DNA of 64,000 nucleotides, from the NCBI GenBank assembly GCA_051530055.1, contig CM121343.1, positions 7,100,389 through 7,164,388 of the forward strand, read 5' to 3'. The DNA comes from Neoechinorhynchus agilis. Lineage: Eukaryota > Animalia > Acanthocephala. This document shows, piece after piece, positions 35,413 through 48,910 of this stretch (position 1 is its first letter; every line of letters begins with the position of its first letter). Both the position numbers and the translations under genes were made by a program. The notes below the pieces were generated by a model that saw nothing but the letters and a program-made list of their open reading frames with translations, searched no databases and was not told where the DNA came from.

Positions 35413-35891
35413 CTATAGCCTGCCCATTGAACTTTCCTGTGCCTTAGTGGCAAGTTCTATTTCCATTCTTTTAAGCTTCTCGGCGATTCCTTCATGTTTG
35501 TCGCTGACAGCCGCTGAGCTTGTTGTTAGCATTCTAATTTCGCTTTTTATAAAATTAATCCTGCTTTGAACGTTACTTAGTACTTCATCTTTCTCCTTAG
35601 GCACAATCAAGTGCCCGTCTACACATTTGTGAAAAGAAATAGGCTTTCCAAGGGAAACTAAAAATTTGACGTCAGCTGCAACGGCTTCGTTTTCGATCAA
35701 CTGGTGCTCTATGACCAAAGAATCATTTGAAACAAAAATATCAATCAAATGGTCCTTTGGTTTAATGCTTTATTTTTTGCGGCATTTTGCATAAGCTCAC
35801 TTCTAAGAGAATCGAATTTAGCTTTAAAGTTTTTGCACTCCGTGGATATCCTCTGTTGTTCATCAACAAGCTGTGCTGAACTGGACTTCAT
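35413..35891 (-). CDS. PFDN6: Prefoldin 6, copy 2 (hairpin insert 35710-35762)
   Basis: Intact; N>S, V>A and L>H substitutions versus copy 1. Confidence 0.75.
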
Positions 35892-35956
35892 GTCTAAAAT
35901 TTTAGGATAAACAAACAAAGACTCTAATCAATGTAAAAATTCAATGAACTAAACGC

Positions 35957-36413
35957 TTATTGTTTTTGGGTTTCCCACATTCGTTTATAGAATGATTCGT
36001 TTTTTCTAAGTAAATCTTCATGAAGTCCACTGTCAGCGATTCGACCCTCACCCATCACGTAGATATTGTCGCAATCCGTAACCGTGGATAACCGATGAGC
36101 AATAAAAATAGAAGTCCGTGGTCGATCAATGCTAGCTGATATCTTTCTTAGTGCTCTAACGATTAGACTTTCAGTCCATGCGTCTAGGTTGGACGTGGCT
36201 TCATCATAAATAAATATAGGAGCATCTTTCAACAATGCACGAGCTATCGCAATTCGCTGCTTTTCACCACCAGCCAATTTCAACCCTCTTTCGCCTACCA
36301 GTGTTTCATAGCCTTTAGACATATTATTTATCTTGTGGTGGATGGCAGCCGCTCGAGCCGCCTCGTATACTTGCTCGTCGTCTGCGGTCAAATCACCATA
36401 CTTGATATTGGCA
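35957..36413 (-). pseudogene. ABCB7: Orphan 3' exon of ABCB7
   Basis: Same translation as 22780-23236; the duplication breaks inside the insert, so the 5' exon is missing. Confidence 0.88.
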
Positions 36414-36699
36414 TACCTAGATTCGATCAGGTAAAAGTCCAATTATCTTAAATGCAATCAGAGAAAACTCAGCTAACACTTGAGCACAATTGACAATTTA
36501 AAACAAATATGAACTTTTAAACAAGGACAATAACCGTTCTGAGCATCAATTTTTTTGTAGTTGACGAAAATAAATACTTGCTTCAATTGACAATCTTCTG
36601 CGGCGAGTACCCTGGCACGCTAATAAAGAAATCAAAACATTCTCGTTATTCGTGAATAAATTAACAATGTGGTAGAAAAATGTAGTACCGGTTTTTTTT

Positions 36700-37400
36700 A
36701 TCCCATGTCACTTCATTCATCGCGAAAACGAGATCAGAAAAGAGTAAATGTGTTGAAATCAACAAATTTCTTAAACTCAATGGGGATATTTGTGACTTTT
36801 GAAGAGTATTGCGAAGAAAGGGATACAAAGTGTAAGAAGTTTCCCTTTGGAACTTTCCACGTCTGAAAATTAGAAGGAAGGATGATCCTCGATTTTTGGA
36901 AGAAAATATCATTTTTGGGGTTTTATCAAGGGGGATCATGATCACCACAACTCGAACAATTTTCTGTCGATATGAGAAGTATTAATGGTCATCGAAGATG
37001 GGAAAATAGTAAATGTTTTGAAATCAACAAATTTCTTAAACACAATGGGGATATTTGTGACTTTTTGAAGAGTATTGCGAAGAAAGAGATCCAAAGTGTA
37101 AGAAGTTTCCCTTTGGAACTTTCCTCGTCTGAAAATTAGAAGGAAGGATGATCCTCGATTTTTGGAAGAAAATATCATTTTTGGGGTTTTACGAAGGGGG
37201 ATCATGATCACCACAACTCGAACAATTTTCTGTCGATATGAGAAGTATTAATCGTCATCGAAGATGGGAAAATAGTAAATGTTTTGAAATCAACAAATTT
37301 CTTAAACACAATGGGGATATTTGTGACTTTTGAAGAGTATTGCGAAGAATGGGATCCAAAGTGTAAGAAGTTTCCCTTTGGAACATTCCACGTCTGAAAA
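36700..37400. repeat. About 265-bp tandem repeat derived from the ABCB7 insert interior (also 50230-50900)
   Basis: CTCGAACAATTTTCTGTCG at 36951 and 37217, and at 50448 and 50713. Confidence 0.85.
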
Positions 37401-37409
37401 TTAGAAGGA

Positions 37410-37835
37410 AGGGTGATCCTCTCCTCGTACCGAATGCCTAGATACTATTTTGTTAAAACAAACAAAACGCCTATCAACCCTACCGCCACAATTTCTACCA
37501 TATATCGGCCCATTTTCACACGAGCACAACACTCGTAGTCCTAATTCGTTTTCGCACCTTTCTATACTCCTTTTTCCGTGCTGTTCAATCCTTTCGGATA
37601 CCATAACTTGAAATGAATCTGAGGAAAGACCCAACCTCACAAGCGCTCCTGACAAGAATAAGCACCAATTCCCACCTGGACGGACCTTGCTTCCCGACCG
37701 GATATTCCCACCCGCCCGGACTCGTAATCCACTCCAAAATCAATAGCCAATTTCATTTTCCAATTAAAATTCTAGTGTTTGTGAGGACCCAAAAGTACAT
37801 GGGTCCTGTTCTTTATGCATCAACAAATAAAACTG
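37410..37835 (+). mobile_element. LINE 3' end fragment (duplicate at 50905-51330)
   Basis: Homologous to about 45040-45435; hairpin 37785-37806 followed by AATAAA. Confidence 0.8.
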
Positions 37836-38119
37836 TTGATTATTATTGCCGGAACGAGGAACCGGGAAAACATCGAATTTGGTTTTGTCAAATGTAAAAC
37901 AACGTAAAAGTGAAATAATTTTACATCGAGGTATGAATTACAGAGGAACGTCGATTATCCGAAGCATCAATTATACCGATCGGAATGCTGTCCTATTCAA
38001 CTACCGTTGCTCAAGAGAATAAGAGAAGGTGTGCAATGGTACAGAGAAAATTAAGTCATTATTTTCAACCATAAAGTTAGAGATAAGTAATAGTTTGATG
38101 ATTGAACTAATAATGCTTG

Positions 38120-40220
38120 TTTATGGTGTAAAATGTTAAAGAGTTTATTAATTCCGATATTTTGACACAATTTTGTACCTTTATCAAGGTGTATTCGCAC
38201 AGTACTAAGATTGAGTTTAAAGTCTCATTCATTCCCCAGTCTAAAGATTAAGCCTGGCGAATAAATAAGGCCTCCATTATAGCGCGATTCCATTTTAATT
38301 CACTTCGAGCAAAAATGTTGGCATTGTCTATACCCATGGCGGTACCTTGTTGCTCAAAGTGGTTAGGTATCGCTGAACTGGAATCGATGCCTCACCTCAG
38401 ATCATATTTCTGTTCTTTGGTTTTCCTGTGCGCCTTCAGTGTTCCCAGGAAGTCTACACCCGATGATACTGTGTGCTTATCCGCCGGCATTAAATTTCGG
38501 AACATGTTAACGAATGTTCTAGCTGATATATCAATGTACCCTTTTCTCCGACGAAACAGTAAGGATCACAGTGTCCCTGAGACTGTTGCGCCAATGTGAA
38601 CATCACACCGCTGCCGTTGACGAGCGACGATAGAGCCATCGGGACGCCATAGTTCCATTTGTCGGCAATCAGGTGGAAGGTACTCACGACACGAAGAAGT
38701 GAACGCGACGCTAAGTCGTCCCCTGAATACTGTAACCTTTGCCGATTCGATGGTCATAGACCGGACGATGTCACAGTCGTCGAAGTATTTGAGAAAACGT
38801 ATCCTTTTTAAAAATAGTCCAGTCTCCAAATATTGCTTCACATTCTGTATACCACACCAGAACAGCTAGCATGTTATGAAATTTAACGCCGGAGAATAAG
38901 CACGCAGTATTATCGGATGTAGAATTCCTGTTAACACCGAAGACGCTCGAGAATACAGAATATAGAATGGTTTCTGCTGATGTCAAGCCTATTCACAAAA
39001 ATGCCATTGAATTCAGCGATCAACCTTGCGATTCCTATGCTTTTCGCAATGCAGAACCAAATCTGAATAAAAGGAACTATTACACATGTGCACGAGGAAC
39101 ACGAATTTCAATTTCGAAGATAAGAGCTTCGATTAAGCTGATGGATTTTGCATGGGGAATCCTCTTGCCCCAGTTCTCGCCGAATTGTTCATGTGCGATT
39201 GAGAGGCAAGTATGTTTCCAGCCTACAGTTTATCAAATTCTGGCAGAGATACGTAGATGATACTTTTATCTTAATCGACAAATCCAAGGAGACGGAAAAG
39301 TTTAGCCGAATGTTGAATTCAAAACACAGCAACATTATATTGGCCATCGATTCGGAGAATAGCAATGCGACCCCCATTATGGACGTTTTGATAAAGCGAC
39401 AAGGAGCAGAGTTTGCAACCATTGCATACAGGGATATCGGTATACCGACGGACATTGCCCCCTTCATCACAATGGCATCCATTAATTATAAAATTGCCGG
39501 AATTAAGTCGCTTTTTTATGGTGCTTACAACTATTGCACCAACCAAGATTCCTTCAATAATGAGTTAGAGTTTCTTTGGAAGAAGGAATAGTTGCAGGGC
39601 CTTCTATGGAAGGAAAACAGTGTGCCAGGAGCCGAAACGAAGGGTATTTATAAATGCAACATTCATCGATGATGAATTATTCAATACAATTGGCAATCTG
39701 GTTAAAGGAGCTGCGCCCAAGGACCTAGATTGTTGTATCTACACGAGGAAAGCTAAACCATTAAGCTCCATGGTGAAGAAACGATATGAACATGAAAGCA
39801 ATTCCCAGCGGAGAATGTAGTAAATCCAATGTAGGCGAAACAAACAAGTTTGAAAAAATACATCAAAAGACCGAAATATGATCTGAGTAGAGGCATCGAT
39901 GCCAGTTCAGTGATATCTAACCATTTTGAGCAACAAGATACCGTCATGGGTATAGGCAGTGCCAACTTTTTGGCTCGAAGTGAATCCAAATGGAATCGCG
40001 TTATAATGGAGGCATTATTTATTCCCCAGGTTTAATCTTTAGACTGGGGAATGAATGAGACTTAAACTGAATCTTAGCACCGTGTGAATATAATCACTCC
40101 CCGTGTGTGTTCGTAGAACTTGATAAAGGCACAAAATTGTGTAAAGATATCGGAATTAATAAAAAAAAGTTACGTTTTCGCCATAAAAAAGCATGAATAG
40201 TTCAATTTTCAAACAAAGCA
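38120..40220 (+). mobile_element. Decayed Penelope element (RT plus GIY-YIG on plus) with an inverted partial copy, enclosed by MITE-family arms
   Basis: MVSADVK, QRYVDDTF, MDVLIKR, NVGET, NHF..WNRVIMEALFI; about 38190-38420 is the reverse complement of 39870-40090. Confidence 0.88.
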
Positions 40221-41872
40221 ATTGCCAGCGATAAAAAGACGATTCTATAACCATAAGTTAACCGTCCTCTCACTCTCCTCAGTTATGGACAAAACTCGAG
40301 CGGTGAAGGTACCCTCTGATAAGATTGTATTCTTTAATACCTAATTTTTTTGCAAATTTCATCCAAATGTCAAGGATGGCGGTATAAATGTATGCATTTA
40401 TTCTGAAAAGTCATCATTCCATGCTTTTCGATCTAATTTACTTGTAGTTTGTCCTTGTCGCTAGGTGGCTTCAAAGTTATCCGCTGTCATTATCAGAACG
40501 CGAGGAGCGGGAAAGGTAGAAATCAATCGTGATAGCGTCCTTTACAAGTTAAGAGCTATCAATAAATTGCGTTTCTCCTAAAGTGGTCAAAGAAATGATT
40601 TCTTGTATGTGTAGTGGGTCTGAATGCCAAAAAAAGGAACAAGAATCGCAAAAAGTTCATTCGGTATTTAAATGCTCTAGTAAACTTCGAACTTAGCGAA
40701 TGCACAGCATCATAATTTGAGCCAACGCGCAGGATTTTTGAATCAAAGAGAAATTGGTCAGAAGACTTAAGGTTCATTTCTACATACCTTAATCCTAGCG
40801 TTTGTTAATCGCTTTACGATCCAAGTGATCGATGGATTGGATGGCCACAACCCGCGATTCGGACTGCACGAATGTTAAAGCAGTATTATTCTTCGTTTAA
40901 ATAATTGCGAAATCTAATTACGATGCTTAGGTTATATCATAAACGAACTCTTTAAACTGACACGATGCGCTAAATTCCATGGCCAAGGTCGCCGAGGAAC
41001 AATGTTCAGAAATACTTCTTGGCTCGTAAAAATTACACCATCGTCTCGAAAATGTTCTTAAACAGAGAAGATAAAGCGAATATAGAGTTTTTAGTGAAAA
41101 TTCTCCTTTAATTCTAAGTGCGCCTCGAGATCTTTTATACGCTCGTTGGATTCCGGTCGTGTGAGTCGCTAATCGGAACGATACGTCTTATTGATTTTTG
41201 GTTTACTGTGATTCGAGTTCAGTATTTGTTTCCATCTCTCAAATGGCGTAGCTTCCAAAATTTTTGCATGGATGAACTCTCCCAAACTCGACATTCTCTG
41301 GGATTTTTGCACATTCAACACAAACGGCTCGTACGCCGGAAATCGTCGCAATTTAAACTAAAATGTTTGAGGCCCAACGAATAAATAGCGATGGTGGAGA
41401 CCGGAATATCTTTTTAAATTTGTACACTTGCCATAGTCCACAAAAACGAATTCTCGTGCATGCGTTATCAAGAGACTATTCTCCTTGTAAGGATATAGAA
41501 AACTCTGTTAGAAATCGGCAATTTATTAGTAAGTTTTATCGAGAATTGACTTCGGGTGACAAGCGACCCAAATAACAATTATTGGTAGGTATCCCTCCCT
41601 ATATCCAACTTTAGATTCTCCTCCTATAACGTTTTAATAACAAATGCGATGTCGTTCCTAACCATCAAATGTAAAAATGAGGGAAGGTAAGTCCTAAAGG
41701 CAACGAGTCAAAACGACAACTTAAAGGCTTTAAATGTAAAAATGCGTGAAGGTAAATCCTAAAAGCAATGACCTGTAACGGCAACTTTTAACCATCAAAT
41801 ATAAAAATGCACATAGCCAAGTCCTAAAACTATTCACCACTAGTTGACGACTACTCTAATAACGGTTAAATT

Positions 41873-43443
41873 ATGTTGCATTGCCTATAATCTACCGAAA
41901 AACGGAAATTTATTTGCGCATTCGAGCAATTATTCATTATCAGCATCAACTCCATCATCGCTGGTTAACGTCGAGGAATGGCCCAATAGCTGGTATCTTC
42001 ACCGATCGGCATATAATATCGAAAGGGTTTGGAACGAGGGTTATACTGGAAAAGGTGTCGTTGTGGGTATAATCGATTATGGTATCGAACAAGATCATCC
42101 TGATTTAAAGGATCGCGTCTTAGCGACACTGCCCGACTCGAGCGTTTTCAATGATCATGGCAATGGCTGTGCCGGAATTATAGCTGCGAATCCAGACAGC
42201 AATATTTGCGGAGTAGGTATAGCCTATGATTCCAAAATCATCCGTTTAAACATAGATAAATCACTTGATATTCTTTTCGATATAAATGAACCTCTCGAAG
42301 GAACTTTCGGCTTAAAAGAGCAGCGATGCATAATCTTTATTGGACTAATGTTCTTTAATTTAATATCGCTAAATAATGCAACGCTGCACAATAAAATCAA
42401 TGATTGATATTTATAGCGTTTCTCTTGGCGCGCCGGATGACGGTAGCTCGGTTGCGGAAATTCATCCAGCGTATAACATAATACTTGCTAACAATGCCAG
42501 GTTGGGGCGTAATGGATTAGGATCTTCCTTTGTTATTGCCTCTGGTAATGGTGGTCATTTGTTTGATAGTTGTGCGGCCGATGGACGAGTGAATTCCCAT
42601 TACGCGATTGCGGTGGCTGGCATTCAAAGAAACCATTCATCCCCGTATTACGCTGAAAAATGTGCCGCCATTATGACAACTGGATATGCCAGCGATGGCT
42701 CTTCAAATCGGATAATAACTGCGGGTCTAAATGGTACGTGTCAACATTTTGGTGGAACATCAGCCGTCGCTCCAATGGTAGCAGCCATTATTGCACTTGG
42801 ACTTCAAGCAAATCCTGATCTCGACTACAGACAAATCCAGTATTTGGTAGTTATGTCGTCCGTTAAGCATGAAAACATGAAACCTTATTGGCGTACGCAT
42901 GGACGATGGTGGAAAAATGGAGCTGGTTATTGGGTAAGTAAATATTTTGGGTTTGGTATTCTTGATCCCAAATCTTTTGTGGATAACGCCATTGCGATGA
43001 AAGGCCGTAAACTGCCAAAATCTAATACCTGTAAAGTTCGCATATCAGGCTTTACTTGGCTGCGAAGCGATTCTATGGCACGTTTCCGAGTTTATACGAA
43101 TGCCTGCAATTCATTATCGTCCGCGATAACCAGTTTGGAACATGTAATTCTAAATGTTACAATCAATCCTCTTCTTTCAAATCCTGGACAAAGGGGCAAA
43201 CTAAGAATTGTGCTTGTGTCTCCTACCAATAACAGTGTGGAAATGTTGGATATTCGGCCTCTTGACGAGGATAGAGTGAAAGGATTTATGTATCAGCCGT
43301 TTACGTCGGTTCTCAATTGGTTCGAAGATCCGAGGGGTTATTGGGAAGCACGAATATTTAATTTAGATAAACATGGCTCATTCATAGTGCATAAGGTAGA
43401 CATGATTCTGATCGGTGTTAATGGAAATCCTTTAGAAACATGA
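41873..43443 (+). pseudogene. Kexin/furin-like convertase, copy 3, signal peptide lost
   Basis: 29-nt deletion after ATGTT gives ATG TTG CAT TGC CTA TAA; remainder is open. Confidence 0.7.
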
Positions 43444-44299
43444 AATATAATGTGTGCGTGTTTTAAACTTTTCGGAGATTACGTTTTGACAACGAATCTG
43501 TCGAAGAAACTCCATATTCGAATTAATATCCGAATGGAAAATTCGATAATTGTGTGCTCTAATTTTAACGAAAGTAAAAGTTAAACCTTAGAATAAAATA
43601 GACTGCAATAATACGTCAATTCTGGATTCTAAGCGATAATATCGTTTTTTTACGTGCATTATTCCATGATTGACAATATAAAAACAGGATCGTTTTTGTT
43701 AGTCACAATTATACATTTTCTTTGCACGTTAACATGATCGGTTCTTATATTAAAAAAACATCTTATTTGCATGGTATTTACCAATAAAGTCTTTTTGGTG
43801 GTGCTGTTGACATGTACAATTATTTTATCACAGGAGTGCAAAACTTTCAGAACTTGTAAACAAATCAAAACTCCACAAACCAACAATAATATTACAGTCT
43901 GGGGAGCTTACCCAATTATTGATTAAAGAATCTTTCTTTAATAGCTAAAAAAGGCTGCAATATATAGGCATCCTCTCTATAGAGCCGCTTTTTACATGGC
44001 ATTTTCTTACAACGACCGTTTTAAATTAAGACAAGTTTTCGATTTACGGCCTAAAATGTTTTCATTTATCGACAAGTTTTTTTATTTATGTATCTTTCAT
44101 GTTGTTAATAACGATTAGAAGCATTTTAGGCAAAATGTCATCGCAACAACTTGTATGGAATTCGGAGCGTGATAAAAAGATATGCCGGAAATCAGTCACG
44201 CGAGGAACTACGCTGTAAGTATTTCGTAACACGATGTGTCCGATCTACTTGGAGCTGATAGGGAATCGATTTCATATGATCAACTCATTGGGTTGCAAG

Positions 44300-45435
44300 A
44301 AGGATCGGCTTCTAAGGTCCATCTCAATTACTCTCCAGACCTTTCCCGTTAAAAAAACTTTAACTAACAAAATACTTGTTGGCCGCAAAAACTTCTCTAA
44401 AATTCGTCCGGGCGGCAATTCAACGTGGTGGCGGGCCGTCAAAGACTCTCTTGGTCTACGCCACCCGGATCCTTTTCCTAATTTGACATCCGCTGAATTA
44501 ATACAGGTTCTAGATTCCATCAAGAGGAGCCTCTGCCCTGACTCAATTTACAATAACCCCTTCACATCAGATACCACACAATATTTAAGGCCGACATCTG
44601 AAGCTTTTGTCAACTCGCCGATACTCCCCTTAGTTACGCCGCACGAAGTATTACATCATCTCAAGAAATTATCTCGAATTTCGTCTCTCAATCCGAAATC
44701 CCAAATTTTTGCTCTTGGCTACATCATCCCCGAACTTATCGACCCTCTCGCCCCCATGATAAATCGCAGCCTTTAATATGACATCTACCCCTCATGCCTA
44801 AAAAACTGCTAAAGTCATCTTTATTCCAAAAGATAGACATCCGATTTCCACCGAATCATTCCGTCCAATATCGATTCTACCCGCCCTTTCAAAAATTATC
44901 GAAAAATGTTTTAAATCCCGCCTTCAATGGCATCAACGACAAATCATTGCCCCACAATTTGGCTTGGGGCCCACATTTTCTGCAACCGATCTCACTCTAA
45001 ACTCTTCTTATACGCACAGCTGACTTTCCCCCTTTTCACCGAATGTCTTGATACTATTTTGTTAAAACAAACAAAACGCCTATCAACCTTAGCGCCACAA
45101 TTTCTACCATATATCGGCCCATTTTCACACGAGCACAACACTCGTAATCCTAATTCGTTTCACCTTCCTATACCTCGCACCTTCCTAGATCTACGCTCCT
45201 TTTTCCATGCTGGCCAATCTTCTCGGATATTGTAACCTGAAATGATTCCGAGGAAAGACCCGACCTCACAAGCGCTCCTGCAAACAATAACCATCAATTC
45301 CCACCTGAACGTACCCAACCCGACCGCATATTCCCACCCGCCCGGACTCGTAATCCACTCCAAAGTCAATATCTGATTTCATTTTCCAATTAAAACTCGA
45401 GTGTTTATGAGGACCCAAAAGTACATGGGTCCCGT
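44300..45435 (+). mobile_element. Internally deleted LINE
   Basis: VTPHEVLHHLKKL..IPELIDPL, HEHNTR motif, 3' hairpin 45411-45432. Confidence 0.85.
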
Positions 45436-45441
45436 TCCACC

Positions 45442-46273
45442 TTAAATTAGAGATGTGGTAGCTGGCATCAGTAGATCGAAAAATCTACTGTCGCCGCACA
45501 AAAATAGTTTTTTATTTAACATAACACGGAAAACGTTAACATGAACCTTATGACGTCGTCGATGGTCACTACATAGGCCCCCCTCTAGAAGGTTCTTCCG
45601 TTTTTTGCGAGGTCTGCCTCGTTTTGGAGGTTGAGCGAGAAAGACGGGTGATGTTGGATCGATATACGTTTGTTTGAGGCGGTCTATCGATACGTTCTCT
45701 GGTTTTCCACCGAGATCGATCATGAAAAACTTTTCGTTGCGATCAAGTACTTTGTAAGGTCCGGTATACAGCGCCTGTATGGGATTCCCATGCTGACTGC
45801 GTCTGACAAAAACGAACGATGCTCTGCTGAGAGGTTGTAGTACAAACGTCGTCACTTTACCATGGTTCACAACGGATATGGGCGCAAGAGATTTGACCTT
45901 ATTACGTAGCCGTTTTAGATGAGTGTGAGAATCGACTTGGCTAAGTGAAGAATTAAGAAAATCGGCAGGTATGTTGATGGCACTTCCATATACATGCTCT
46001 GCTGCCGAGGAATCTAGGTCGGCATTGGGCGCCGTGCGAATTCCTAACAAAATCCAAGGCAATTCGTCGATCCGATTGTTTCCGCAGAGGCGAGCTTTCA
46101 AAGCCGATTTCAGATGCCTGTGGAATCTTTCGACCATTCCATTGGATTGAGGATGATACGCAGTTGTGCGGTGGAACCTCATTCCTAAATGTTCTGCGAT
46201 TGTTCTCCACAGCTCTGATATGAACTGTGGTCTTCGATCGGATATGATGCCGTTAGGAATACCGAAACGAGTT
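45442..46273 (-). mobile_element. Ty3/gypsy integrase fragment with PPT and start of 3' LTR (second family)
   Basis: RFGIPNGIISDRRPQF, TTAYHPQSNGMVERFHR, YTGPYKVL; PPT AGAGGGGGCC followed by TGTAGTG. Confidence 0.9.
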
Positions 46274-46790
46274 AAGAAAGATTCTTTAATCAATAATTGG
46301 GTAAGCTCCCCAGACTGTAATATTATTGTTGGTTTGTGGAGTTTTGATTTATTTACAAGTTCTGAAAGTTTTGCACTCCTGTGATAAAATAATTGTACAT
46401 GTCAACAGCACCACCAAAAAGACTTTATTGGTAAATACCATGCAAATAAGATGTTTTTTAATATAAGAACCGATCATGTTAATGTGCAAAGAAAATGTAT
46501 AATTATGACTTACAAAAACGATTTCTAAATTGAGTATTTCTCTATCCTGTTTTTATATTGTCAATCATGGAATAATGCACGTAAAAAAACGATATTATCG
46601 CTTAGAATCCAGAATTGACGTATTATTGCAGTCTATTTTATTCTAAGGTTTAACTTTTACTTTCGTTAAAATTAGAGCACACAATTATCGAATTTTCCAT
46701 TCGGATATTAATTCGAATATGGAGTTTCTTCGACAGATTCGTTGTCAAAACGTAATCTCCGAAAAGTTTAAAACACGCACACATTATATT

Positions 46791-48389
46791 TCATGTTTCT
46801 AAAGGATTTCCATTAACACCGATCAGAATCATGTCTATCTTATGCACTATGAATGAGCCATGTTTATCTAAATTAAATATTCGTGCTTCCCAATAACCCC
46901 TCGGATCTTCGAACCAATTGAGAACCGACGTAAACGGCTGATACATAAATCCTTTCACTCTATCCTCGTCAAGAGGCCGAATATCCAACATTTCCACACT
47001 GTTATTGGTAGGAGACACAAGCACAATTCTTAGTTTGCCCCTTTGTCCAGGATTTGAAAAAGAGGATTGATTGTAACATTTAGAATTACATGTTCCAAAC
47101 TCGTTATCGCGGACGATAATGAATTGCAGGCATTCGTATAAACTCGGAAACGTGCCATAGAATCGCTTCGCAGCCAAGTAAAGCCTGATATGCGAACTTT
47201 ACAGGTATTAGATTTTGGCAGTTTACGGCCTTTCATCGCAATGGCGTTATCCACAAAAGATTTGGGATCAAGAATACCAAACCCAAAATATTTACTTACC
47301 CAATAACCAGCTCCATTTTTCCACCATCGTCCATGCGTACGCCAATAAGGTTTCATGTTTTCATGCTTAACGGACGACATAACTACCAAATACTGGATTT
47401 GTCTGTAGTCGAGATCAGGATTTGCTTGAAGTCCAAGTGCAATAATGGCTGCTACCATTGGAGCGACGGCTGATGTTCCACCAAAATGTTGACACGTACC
47501 ATTTAGACCCGCAGTTATTATCCGATTTGAAGAGCCATCGCTGGCATATCCAGTTGTCATAATGGCGGCACATTTTTCAGCGTAATACGGGGATGAATGG
47601 TTTCTTTGAATGCCAGCCACCGCAATCGCGTAATGGGAGTTCACTTGTCCGTCGACAGCACAAGTATCAAACAAATGACCACCATTACCAGAGGCAATAA
47701 CTAAGGAAGATCCTAATCCATTACGCCCCAACCGGGCATTGTTAGCAAGTATTATGTTATACGCTGGATGAATTTCCGCAACCGAGCTACCGTCATCCGG
47801 CGCGCCAAGAGAAACGCTATAAATATCAATCATTGATTTTATTGTGCAGCGTTGCATTATTTAGCGATATTAAATTAAAGAACATTAGTCCAATAAAGAT
47901 TATGCATCGCTGCTCTTTTAAGCCGAAAGTTCCTTCGAGAGGTTCATTTATATCGAAAAGAATATCAAGTGATTTATCTATGTTTAAACGGATGATTTTG
48001 GAATCATAGGCTATACCTACTCCGCAAATATTGCTGTCAGGATTCGCAGCTATAATTCCGGCACAGCCATTGCCATGATCATTGAAAACGCTCGAGTCGG
48101 GCAGTGTCGCTAAGACGCGATCCTTTAAATCAGGATGATCTTGTTCGATACCATAATCGATTATACCCACAACGACACCTTTTCCAGTATAACCCTCGTT
48201 CCAAACCCTTTCGATATTATATGCCGATCGGTGAAGATACCAGCTATTGGGCCATTCCTCGACGTTAACCAGCGATGATGGAGTTGATGCTGATAATGAA
48301 TAATTGCTCGAATGCGCAAATAAATTTCCGTTTTTCGGTAGATTATAGGCAATGCGTACGGAGAAAAGGAACAGAAAGATTGTTAACAT
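46791..48389 (-). pseudogene. Kexin/furin-like convertase, copy 4, frameshift in P domain near 47055
   Basis: 1-nt deletion (INPLFQILDKGAN-stop); catalytic domain is intact. Confidence 0.7.
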
Positions 48390-48910
48390 AATTTAACCGT
48401 TATTTGAGTAGTCGTCAACTAGTGGTGAATAGTTTTAGGGATTATCTTCTCGCATTTTTATATTTGGTGGTTGAAAGTTACAGTTTGACTCATTGTTTTT
48501 AGCACTTTATTTCTTTAAAGTTGCAGTTTTGAGTCATTGTTTTTTAGAACCTTCCTTCTCGTATTTGGTGGCTCGCGAATTTTTTATTTAATGGTGAACA
48601 ATCGCCGTCATAGGTCATCGCTCTTTGGATTTACCTTCTCGCATTTTTATATTTCATGGTTGAAAGTTATAGTTTTGACTCATTATTTTTAGAACTTAAT
48701 TTCTTTAAATTTTCAGTTCCAAGCAAATAATGCTTCACAGAATATGTAGTTCAAACCTGGAGTCATCATGAAATTTCTAAAAGTTCTACATCATTCGCAT
48801 TAGCTACTCACACAATTGAAATCTAAAGAGCGTCACTTAGAATCAAAGGAGGATTTTCTTTAAAACTCCATATTCGTTTTTATTTCTCTGAATTACCCTT
48901 CTTTAGATGC

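Larger units (their letters stand above)
22299..36957. repeat. Large inverted duplication: arms 22299-28246 and 31004-36957
   Basis: Mirror order of ABCB7 3' exon, PFDN6, Penelope and convertase; near-identical sequence. Confidence 0.95.
41800..48440. repeat. Second inverted duplication: arms about 41800-43938 and 46274-48440
   Basis: Convertase copies 3 and 4 face each other with shared downstream flanks. Confidence 0.9.

Noticed and set aside
38535-38600. Hammerhead ribozyme in Penelope (CGAAAC...CTGAGA)
   Set aside because: No CUGANGA core with properly paired stems; the similarity to 20100 is simply repeat homology.
40200-41120. Possible DNA-transposase or gene remnant
   Set aside because: Only short stop-riddled frames and no motif I can support.
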